A stretch of 64,000 nt of DNA from Chrysomallon squamiferum (taxonomy: Eukaryota > Animalia > Mollusca), in assembly GCA_012295275.1 (NCBI GenBank), contig CM022679.1, positions 21,390,001 to 21,454,000 on the forward strand, given 5' to 3'. A model generated the notes under the pieces. It worked only from the letters and a program-made list of their open reading frames with translations, had not been told where the DNA came from and made no database searches. The position numbers and the translations under genes are program-made. Position 1 is the stretch's first letter, and each line of letters opens with the position of its first letter. This document shows positions 53,159-64,000 of this stretch, one piece after another.

Positions 53159-53739
53159 TAATTATGATGATAGCAAAAGAAAAAAAAAAAAAATAAAAAG
53201 TATTATTCTCATAGATGGACAGTTAAAGTAATAAAATTTCAAATTGATGATTTAATAAGTTTCAGCTTAAATAAGATATGTAGAACTTCACTATAAAATA
53301 CTGCTAAAGATCTTTACACAATGAATGAAACGAACAGTAAAGAAAAACCATATAAAACTTGTATTAAAATAAATTTTACACTAACAGTACTTCACCTGCA
53401 TCATTTTACCACTGACTGTAGTTTTATGTCAAATATTGATTTTAACTTTCACCCACCCACTCATTTTTAACAAAAACTTTAATATCACACATTCCTTTCT
53501 GTAATTAATAAGCCTCGTTCTGTGACACACTTCTGCATTATTTCTGTGTACAGGTTGACATTTTGACCATGTTAAATTTCCTTTTATATTGGTTATTTCT
53601 CTCTACACTCCCTGTACAACTACATCCTGGTGACCTGAGCTTCACATACGTTCAGAAAAACTGTCAGTCTGTAATGTATAATTTCTGTTACAATTGTTAG
53701 TAGTATTAGTTTGGCATTTAAATGAAACAAGTATCAGAA

Positions 53740-53898
53740 TTAAGAGTATTTTGTGATATTTCAGATCTTTACAATAAGAGTATTTTGTGATATTTCAGAA
53801 TTTTAAAATAAGAGTATTTTGTGATATTTCAGAATTTTAAAATAAGAGTATTTTGTGATATTTCAGAATTTTAAAATAAGAGTATTTTGTGATATTTT
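53740..53898. repeat. ~35-bp minisatellite, ~4.5 copies
   Basis: taagagtattttgtgatatttcagaattttaaaa repeated. Confidence 0.9.
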
Positions 53899-54519
53899 TA
53901 GTAATAATGATACCATACTGTCTGGTCTATGGGTTACTCTTACCAGTGTTCACTGATATCTCTTTTACTTGGCTGGAATAGGAAAATAACTCATTACCCA
54001 CACTAAACAGAACTGAATCTGTAAAATGTTTGTAGCTCATTTTTAACAATTAGTTTCAAGGTAAACTCAGCACCAGTACACATCTGACAAGACAACTGTA
54101 ACAATAATCCAGCTCCCTGACCAAACAGCAGAACTGATTTTTAAACCTGTTACATATGTAACCACTAAACCAACAGACGTTCAACCGTTAACCAGAGGAC
54201 AATCAATCACTAACCACCACACACTCATCCACAAATCAATAGATATTCAACGACTAACACAAACACATTCAACCACTATTTAACAGACATATACAACCAA
54301 CATTCAACCACTAACCCACAGACATTCATTCAGCTGTCAGGGTGATGATGGCAGTGCTGTGCTTTCACAGATAAACTGAAAGATTTGACTCGTTCACTCA
54401 TCATTTTCCACTGAGAGATTCCCAGACATAAATGTCCTGATAATAAACAGTGTCTAGCTGAGCCTTGTCTCCCAGAATCTCATCGCTTGTTCTGATACCA
54501 GATCAGCTAGTCTTGTTAT

Positions 54520-54940
54520 CAAAGAATGTGAGGTTACATATGTATGTTAGATTGGGATATTAACAAAGAGTTTCAGATATTATGTAGGTTAGGTTGGGAT
54601 ATCATCAAAGATTGTCAAAATATGTAGGTTAGACTGGGCTATTATCAAAGATTGTCAGAATATGTAGGTTAGACTGGGATATTATCAAAGACTGTCAGAA
54701 TATGTAGGTTAGATTGGGATATTATCAAAGATTGTGAGAATATGTAAGTTAGATTGGGATATTATCAAAGATTGTCAGAATATGTAAGTTAGATTGGGAT
54801 ATTATCAAAGATTGTCAGAATATGTAGGTTAGATTGGGCTATTATAAAACAAAGAGTCTAAGATTATGTAGGTTAGATTGGGATATTATAAAACAGAGTG
54901 TCTGGAATTATATAAATTAGACTGGAATATTATCAATTAA
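54520..54940. repeat. 40-bp minisatellite, ~10 copies
   Basis: tatgtaggttagattgggatattatcaaagattgtcagaa repeated. Confidence 0.93.
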
Positions 54941-55484
54941 ACTTTTTTTATTTCTAAAGGTTAGACTGTAAAATAAAGAATATAGGTTTATGTAGTTTAT
55001 TATTATTCTGGGATGTTACCAAATACAGAGTCTTGAGCTATCTAGTTTAGAATTGGATTTTGTCATAAAGACACTACTGTTCATTAAACTGTCTGGCTTG
55101 CACACAGACACGTGTGTTAGATTACAGTTCATGTATAACTATTACACTGCTTCTTCATGTAGTAATATTTGTTTTTCATTTATGGGAATTATGTATCTTG
55201 TACGTTTCAATATAAATGAAATATGAGTTGTGGTTATGTGTAAGTATTGTCTGTGTCTGCTAGTTTAAACACACACACACACACACACATATCTTTTCAT
55301 AGTAGTATTTTATGTTACTATTATTACAACTTATGTATATCTAGTATACTAGACTGATATTCATGTAGTTATTTTCAGATAATAATAATCATAATAATAA
55401 TAATAATAATATCATCATTATCATTATAAGTATTATTATTTTTTTTATTATTATCATTATTATTAATTATTACTATTATTATTA

Positions 55485-55552
<68 letters not shown>

Positions 55553-56039
55553 CATTAAAACATACGTTGTTGTTACTGAGTTTAAAAAGTCTACTACAGC
55601 TCTGTACGCAGTCTTCCCCGTCTCGCAGTCAGCAAACAACATAAAAGGACAGAGATTTCATTTGTGCTTTTTCACACAAATACAAGTCTGTGCAGATCAC
55701 AGAGTGAGGACTTTTGTGAAAATTTATTACTGTGAGAGCAGTATGCGGCCTGCTTACTTTATGTCTGAGCACAAACAGCCAAGCTTTTTATTGATAAAAA
55801 TCTCTCCTTAGGAAAATAAAAACTGCTAAGTTGAGTATCCTTGACACGTTTATTTTTTATTTATTTTCATTCAGTGATTTTATTTTTTTATTTTTTTCAC
55901 CTGCAAATCCTTCACCTATATTAATTTTTACTGTGTAGCACTGTTGTCATTGTTGTTGGTGGTGGTGGTGATGTGGTTGTGATGGTGATTAGGTGGTGCA
56001 GTTATGGTGTTGGTGCTGGTGACATTGTTATTGTGATCA

Positions 56040-57140
56040 CTACCACTGCCTTTACTACTCTACTACTGTTACTACTCTACTACTTATACCACCCACTACT
56101 TATTACTAGTATTATGCTACTTTTATTACTAGTATTACTATGCTACTACTTCTACTACTAGTATTACTATGCTACTACTTCTACTACTAGTATTACTATT
56201 CTACTACTTCTACTACTAGTATTACTATTCTACTACTTCTACTACTAGTATTATTATACCTACTACTTCTACTACTAGTATTACTACCTACTACTTCTAT
56301 TACTAGTATTACTATACTACCTACTACTTCTAGTACTACTATTACTATACTACTACTACTACTACTAGTATTATACTACTACTTACTACTAGTATTACTA
56401 TACTACTCTACTACTAGTATTACTATACTACTATGACTACTACTAGTATTACTACACTCTACTTCTACTACTAGTATTACTATACTACTACTTCTACTAC
56501 TAGTATTACTATACTACTACTTCTACTACTAGTATTACTACACTGTACTTCTACTACTAGTATTACTATACTTCTACTTCTACTACTAGTATTACTATAC
56601 TACTACTTCTACTACTAGTATTACTGTACTACTACTTCTACTACTAGTATTACTATACTACTACTTCTACTAGTATTACTATACTACTACTTCTTACTAC
56701 TATTACCACTATTCTATTACTAGTATTACTACTACTACTACTACTATTATTACTGTTATTACTATTACTAGTATTACTGTACTACTATGTTACTGCTACT
56801 CCATCACTACCACTACCACCACTACTGCTACTACCACCATCACCATTACTACCACCACTATCATTGTTACTACAACTGGAATCACTGTTATAATTACTAT
56901 AATCCACACTTCTACTACATCTACTTCCATTGTTACTACTACTGGAATCACTGTTATAATTACTATAATCCACACTTCTACTACATCTACTTCTGTTATT
57001 ACTACTACTAATTCTAGAACCACTGCCATTGTTATTGTTCCCACCACTGTTAAAACTACTACTACTATAACGAACACTTTGACTAGTATTACTACTATAA
57101 CGAACACTTCTCCTGGTATTACTACTGCTACTGTTGTTTT
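56040..57140. repeat. (TAC)-derived ~29-bp minisatellite and low-complexity tract
   Basis: tactactagtattactatactactacttc repeated, followed by a ~66-bp duplication containing ctggaatcactgttataattactataatccacacttc. Confidence 0.9.
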
Positions 57141-57282
57141 ACTAGTAACTGTTTCAAAACAAAAATTATGGTTTAATATACAGTATACAGATCTTTCAAA
57201 ACCTCTGTGAATTATTTAAGACAGTTCTAATCCTTTTAATCTCCTGATCAACAAGAATCTCTTGTTAATACAAATAATAAAT

Positions 57283-57432
57283 TAGCTCAGTGGTTAGAAC
57301 ACTCATATGTGGCAAGTTGGCTTGTAGGATCTATCTTCCATAGAACAGATTTACCAATCCAAACCTGTGCTCCATAAAATTAGCCATGTTATGTCGATTG
57401 CTATCGATGGATACTGGATATAAAAGATATCA
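57283..57432 (+). mobile_element. Degenerate tRNA-derived SINE fragment
   Basis: Pol III A-box-like tagctcagtggttagaacac followed about 30 nt later by B-box-like gtaggatctatc. No complete cloverleaf. Confidence 0.5.
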
Positions 57433-58382
57433 TAAAGATAACTGATGGAAGCAGTATACTGAGAAATAAAAGGAAGATTTCTTTTTGTGATAAAAAATGT
57501 TTAGTATTTAAATTAATAATTATTTAGATTTTTTTTTATTAATTATTATTATTTGTAATTTTGTTTTTATATTTATTTACTTATTTTCACATTCATTCAT
57601 TTATTGTTTTTATATTTACTTATCAATCATATTTTATTTATTTACTTATTTGTATAACTACTGGTATTTATTCATTTATTATGTTTATTTAATTATTTAT
57701 CCGTGTTTATATTTACATTTTCATGATTAAAATCATATTTATATTTACATTTATATTTAATTATTCAGACTAAATGACAGAAACTGAATGAAGGACGTAT
57801 TTTTCAGATTCATCATTTTCAGCATTATACATACACAGTGACATGCATCAGTGAACATGGGGGGGTTTCCAATTTGTTTTTTGTTGACATGGATGATGAA
57901 GGAGAAACTTCCATTGCCTGGTCATTGCTCACTAGGAAAATATTTTTCATGTTCGAGAACACAAAAGTTATATTGTTGAACTGTGAGTCAGTAAAAACTG
58001 TGTGGGATGTGATCAATAGAAAGATTTCTTACTCAGGTTGTTCTGTTTAAATATTCAGATATAAAGTGCTTAGTAGATGTATGTCAGAAAGGTTGGTAAT
58101 GTGTGTGTATGTGTATCTGTGTTGATGTACATACAGAAAAACATACACAAACACACAGATACACAGAAACACACACACACACAAACACACATATATATAT
58201 ATATAAAATATATATACAGATATAAAGAAACATAGACATACACATAAATAAATGTATATCTGTATGCACATATACACATAAATTCACATGCAGATATATA
58301 CACACAAAATATATATACAAAAAAAAACCCCAATATATTACTTATCACGGACATACACACAGACACACACATATAAAGAACT

Positions 58383-58497
58383 AGACTGGTGCTAAGACTG
58401 TATTTCTCACAATAACTAACCCTGACATGAAGACTGGTGCCAGACTGTATTTCTCACAATAACTAACCCTGTCATGAAGCCTGGTGCTAAGACTGTC
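58383..58497. repeat. ~48-bp tandem repeat, ~2.4 copies
   Basis: agactggtgctaagactgtatttctcacaataactaaccctg(a/t)catga repeated. Confidence 0.88.
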
Positions 58498-58779
58498 TTC
58501 TTGAAATATGTAATTATGACATGCCTTAAGCACTTTCACATCCACACACATTGTGTCTGAGAAGCTGTGACAATGAATCTGTTTCAGAAATAGAATATAC
58601 TCACTGGCCATTGTTATCAAAACAAAATGTAATGCACAACACTTGAATCCCCTTGTGCTGCATTGTCTTCAGAAATCACCCAAAGTCAAATTATTTTTTT
58701 TCCTTTAAATATTTTTGATTTTTGAGTTGTTTAAATTTTTCTTTTAGTTTTGTTAATTATATAACGTGATTTAAGTTAT

Positions 58780-59530
58780 AAAATCTCTGTCTCATATAAG
58801 TTAAATGTATTAAATTTTGAATTGTTAGAATATTTATTGTGTAAAATTTAAATAAATAAAATTTTGAATGATTAAAATCTTTATCACATTATGATATGAA
58901 CTTTATAAACAATTTAAACAGATTAAATTTTAAATTGTTAAAATTTTTATTACATATAATAGCATAATGAAATTTAAAAAGACTAAATTCTGAATGATTG
59001 AAATCTCCAGATAATAACATGATAAAAAATTTAAATAGATTAAATTCTGAATTATTAAAATCATTATTACATGTGATATAAACAACATATAAAATTTAAA
59101 TTGACAACATTTTAATTATTAAAATTTTGCTTATATGATATAAACAACATAAAAATTTAAATAGATTAAATTCTGAATTATTCAAATCTTTATCACTTTA
59201 ACATTGCATAAAATTTAAAGAGATAAAAATTTTAAAGATTAAAATCTCTATTTCATAGGATTTTAACATCAAAAAAATTTAAATAGATTAAATTCTGAAT
59301 GGTTCAAATCTTAATCACATGTGATTCTAAAATCATAAAAAAAAAATTAAATTTGAATCACATGATACTAATACAATAAAAAAATTACATATCATTATAA
59401 ATCTTAAATAAAAAAAAATTTTGAATTATTAAAATCTTTATAACATGTGAATTAACATCATACAAAATTTAAATGAAATTTTTTAACTGAAAAAACCAAC
59501 TTTATCAATTAAAACAGATAAAAATTTCAA
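58780..59530. repeat. Degenerate AT-rich ~60-bp tandem repeat
   Basis: Recurrent aaaatttaaatagattaaattctgaattattaaaatctttatcac. Confidence 0.75.
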
Positions 59531-60004
59531 TTATAAAAAAACGTCAAAAATTTACACAGGACGGTTTCTAAAACGGGACAATATTTTCACTTAGGACAGG
59601 TGGGGTTGATGCCATTAAAGATTTTGTCCATGTTTCACTTTGATCTGTTGTTAAGTAGAGTAATGATCTCTCATCCTGGTTTTAGTTGTAGCCAGCAGAA
59701 ATAAAAACTACATAGGAAGCATCAGACGGTTAATAATATATCGTATTACATGGCTGTTTGAAATTAGCCTAGCTTACTGCTGCTTCACAAGGGTTCATGT
59801 CTAAATGCAGAGGATTTGTGAAAAACAAACAAATTTGTTTTATCTACAACTCCGTCATGTCTGGTCAGTAATGTTACAAAATAGATTTGTACTGGTTTGC
59901 CTTCTTGTATATAAAAAATATATACTGAAATTTGTAAATTAATTAAAAACAGAATCTAAATAAACTAAATTTTGATATTAGAAGGAATATATGTCACACA
60001 CACA

Positions 60005-60048
<44 letters not shown>

Positions 60049-61935
60049 GTAAAGAAACAGGACTATATTCTAAAATGTTACATTTTAAAGCTAACAGATG
60101 TGAATTATCAGGGTTTTGTTTGATAAACAAATATTCCACTTCTGACATAAACACTATAAATAATTAATTGATGTGAAATATGGTGAATGTATCCTCAGTA
60201 TCGATCAATATATCCCTTTATTAAGTTTACCTTCATGAACTAATAGCAATAAGTATGTCTGCAAAGCTGATCTTCATTAACTAATAACATTATAGATGTC
60301 TGCCTGCAAAATTTATTGTAATCAGTTAATAATAATAATAATATAAATAATGTCTCTTTATGTCTTTATGATGTTTGTATTAATGAATTAACAACAGAAT
60401 GGATAGCTAAAACAAATATACATTCCTGGATTTATAACAATATGTCTCAGAAAAATTGGATTTTTTTATCTGTTGTTAATAACAAGAGTATGGATATGTA
60501 TAAAACTTACCTCCATCATGTAATAACAGTTTTCATCTCCCTGTAAAAAATCTGTTTTAATTAATTAATATCAATAATATGGATATTTATAAAATGAACC
60601 TTCCTGAACTTGTAACAGTTTGGATACATCTTTATAACAATATTTAATTACAAGTAATTAACAACAAAAATATGGATAGTTACAAAACGAAAACCTTCTT
60701 GAATTCATAACAGTATTGGATGCATCTTTATAAAACTTGCATTAATGCATTAGTAATAAACATCGTGGTTATGCAAAGATTTTACTTTCAACAATTCAGA
60801 CATTTGTCTTCATCAATTAATCATGATATGGACGTCTGTATTGAACGTTTACTCTTGAAGGCTTAATGAAAGATTTAACCTTCGAGAATTAATAAGAATG
60901 TAGAATCTATTTATAAAATTAGCCATCAGTTGATTGATGTAGGTTTAACAAACATTTTAGTGCACTCACTTGCATTACCACAGTTATCTTTCCATTTACT
61001 GAACTCTGTTCACTTCATTAATATTAATGAGCTGTTGACCACACCCACATCTTGGTTATGAAACTTTACGGTGGTCACTGCAGACTGCCAGTTTGAATAA
61101 ATTGAAAAATAAAAAAAACTAATCGAAACTCGGGATTAATATATTAAAAAACAAAGTAGAAATATACTAGATACATTCATAAAATGATATTTTGTGAATT
61201 ACATACTTTATATATGCATAATACTGTCATACATACTAACACACACACACACACAAACACACACAACAAATATATATATATATTTGTATATAATATTATG
61301 TATTTATGATGTATATAATATTATGTTTGTATATATTTAGGTAATGCATACATACACAAACACACACACATACTTGCATGATACATACATTACATACAAA
61401 CATTTGTACATACATACATACATAAAGAAAATTATAAAATAGTTTTACTAACTACTGCTACTACTACCCTATTTTTATTACTGTTATAATTTATTTATTT
61501 ATTTATAAATTATTATTATTATTATTATTATTATTAATTGAAATGAATTTAAAATTTTTTAAAACAATTTCTAATTCTTGACATCAACAAATATATTTCC
61601 ATTCAAACATTTTTCTTATACCTGAATTAAAATGTTAAAACTCTGAATGAGAAACTCAGATTTGTTTTAATTATGTTTCTTGTCACAGTAGTCTTGTTGC
61701 TGAGGGAGTGGGGGGGGGGTAGGGGGAATTATGACAAATTATAGGATTAAAGAATATTTCATGTTAATACCTATGTTTGTGACAGCTCATTCAGTATTGT
61801 GTAGAGATATCTGAGATATATATATTAATATATTCTACAACTTAGTTAAAGATTTTTATCAGTAAATGTGTTTATTATATTGGTGGTGAAATACATTTTA
61901 ATATATTACATGGCTGGTCAAATGTTTTGTATGTG

Positions 61936-61985
<50 letters not shown>

Positions 61986-62819
61986 CATACTCAGTGTTTA
62001 TCTGTGTGTCTGGGTTTTTGTGTGTCTGAAATTGGCTTTTAAATTAATTATATAATTGATATTTTAAATGATTGCTAGTTTGTATGTAATTTGTTATATT
62101 GTTATCATTTATTTATTTATATTTATATTATTTATTTTACTTTATTAATACATATTTAATTTAATTATTTATTTCTTTATTTTTGAATGTATTTATTTAT
62201 TTATTTATATTTATATTATTAATTTGTTTTACCTTATTTAATATATATTTAATTTAATAATTTCGTCCCTTATTTTTAAATTTTTGAATTTATTTATTTA
62301 ATTTAATTTGTTTTATTTTTATTTTATTCTTAGAAAGGGTTTGTACAATGACATGTGGATACTTTAAGTATCATTAAACTGTTTTAATTGTTCGTTTTGA
62401 TGGATTGCTCAGAATATCTGAAACTGTACAATGCAGCTTTAACTTAGCCTACACCAAGTTGTCTGAACAAACCCTTGACAATTACAACAAAGCAATTCAT
62501 CAAAAACAAAACCACCAACATGTCAGAAACAAACAGGAGACTGTATGTATTTGCATCTATCTATATATATATATAAACACAAACACATATACATACATAT
62601 ATATACACACACACGTATATATCATTCATGTCCAGACATTGCTCTGAACTGATGAAAATGTTATTTAAACATGTTAGATATTCAGGTTACAAGTCAATGT
62701 ACAGGTGCAAGGCAAAGTTTAAAAAAACTAATGGGAATGCAAAGTTTCACTCTCTGCTTTTAAGTAAACATTAATATTTACCTTTCTATCTGGAAACATA
62801 CAACATGACCTTCAGTTTC

Positions 62820-63150
62820 TACCACTACTACTACTACTACTTCTACTACTACTTCTCTGTACCATTTTATCTACTGCCAGTGATATTACTATTACTACTA
62901 CTACTATTACTACTGCTACTATTACTACTGCTACTACTACTACTACTACTACTGCTACTATTACTACTACTACTATTACTACTGCTACTATTACTACTGC
63001 TACTACTACTACTACTACTATTACTACTGCTACTATTACTACTGCTACTACTACTACTACTACTATTACTACTGCTACTATTACTACTGCTACTACTACT
63101 ACTACAATTACCACAGCTCCTCTTGCTGCTACTACTACTACTACCACTGC
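62820..63150. repeat. (TAC/TAT/TGC)n trinucleotide microsatellite
   Basis: Imperfect (tac)n. Source of the poly-Leu and poly-Val ORFs. Confidence 0.95.
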
Positions 63151-63455
63151 TACTCTGTACAGTTACATCTACCAGTGTTACAAGTCTATACGAAGAACAT
63201 CAAACCTTGAGAAGCGTTTATTTTGCTGATGAATGGAAGCCAGGAGATTTCAATGTGTTTATAATTGAGACTGTTCCTAAGCCAAGGGATGATCAGTTTT
63301 CTCTTGTGCATGTTTGTGTTCTGAGGTGGAGAGTTCTGTCAAGTGAGAAAACTCTCTGCAGACTGCAAGTTTTAGCTAGTTAATTATTTAACAGATGTGC
63401 TGATATTTTTAGCCTTGTGTGTGTTGTGTGTGTGTGTGTGTATGTGTGTGTGTGT

Positions 63456-63487
<32 letters not shown>

Positions 63488-63836
63488 CCTTTCTCTAAGA
63501 TTCTGCTTGTCTGATACATGTCTTTGTGGTTAAAAAAAAGCATTCTGATAGTCTTGAATAATCCTGATTTATAGTGCTGTATTCACTGTTGTAGTATTTA
63601 TTTATTTATTTATATATATATATTTTTTTTTCTTCATGTGATTTAGTTGATACTTTATTATATTATTGTAGCGAATAGCAAAAGATAATGATTAATAAAA
63701 ATAGGCAAATATAATGAGAAATAAAGTCACTAAATATCATGATTAATAAAATAGCCAAACATAGTGAATAGAAAAATACCTAATATTTTCGTGGAGTTTA
63801 ATAAATTCATATATATTTGTAGATTTAATAAAACAG

Positions 63837-63867
<31 letters not shown>

Positions 63868-64000
63868 TATAATAATCCACTGAAATACTGTATTGATATA
63901 TTTCTTTGTTTAACGTCCAAGGTTATTTACTGCTGTTTAAAACCAGACAGAATGGTCTGAATGGTGGATTGTGAAGTAGTAATTTAGTGTTTGTGTGGAG

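Noticed and set aside
57283-57360. tRNA gene
   Set aside because: Only A-box and degenerate B-box similarity, with no acceptor or anticodon stems. Treated as a SINE remnant.
62805-63383. 192-aa poly-Leu ORF and similar poly-Ile/Val/Tyr, SLSL, CVCV and HTHT ORFs throughout the window
   Set aside because: These are translations of (TAC)n, (AAT)n, (GA)n and (CA)n microsatellites with no supporting splice structure.

Overview
AT-rich, microsatellite-dense, intron-containing metazoan genomic DNA (invertebrate; a mollusc is plausible but is inference only). I hand-spliced five protein-coding genes using GT..AG boundaries and phase checks. (1) A minus-strand membrane-anchored JmjC/cupin-like protein: 4 coding exons, 450-3030, 349 aa. 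(2) A minus-strand orphan single-pass membrane protein gene (9834-20789). Its 25-nt microexon appears to be read in two different frames, coupling inclusion or skipping of a 344-nt exon to one of two alternative last exons (His-rich versus Pro/Ser-rich tail). (3) An 11-exon minus-strand N-acetylneuraminate lyase (NPL/DHDPS family), 35370-42213, 304 aa, with non-canonical substrate-binding motifs. (4) A head-to-head plus-strand orphan gene (43786-45076, 297 aa) with a 10-aa charged repeat and a Cys-rich C-terminus. (5) The first coding exon of a GAF-domain phosphodiesterase (PDE11-like, 51823-52560), followed by a long intron that runs off the window. The rest is minisatellites, microsatellites, SINE/MITE-like remnants and a triplicated promoter/first-exon-like block at about 29-31 kb. 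Most entries in the supplied ORF track are microsatellite artefacts.
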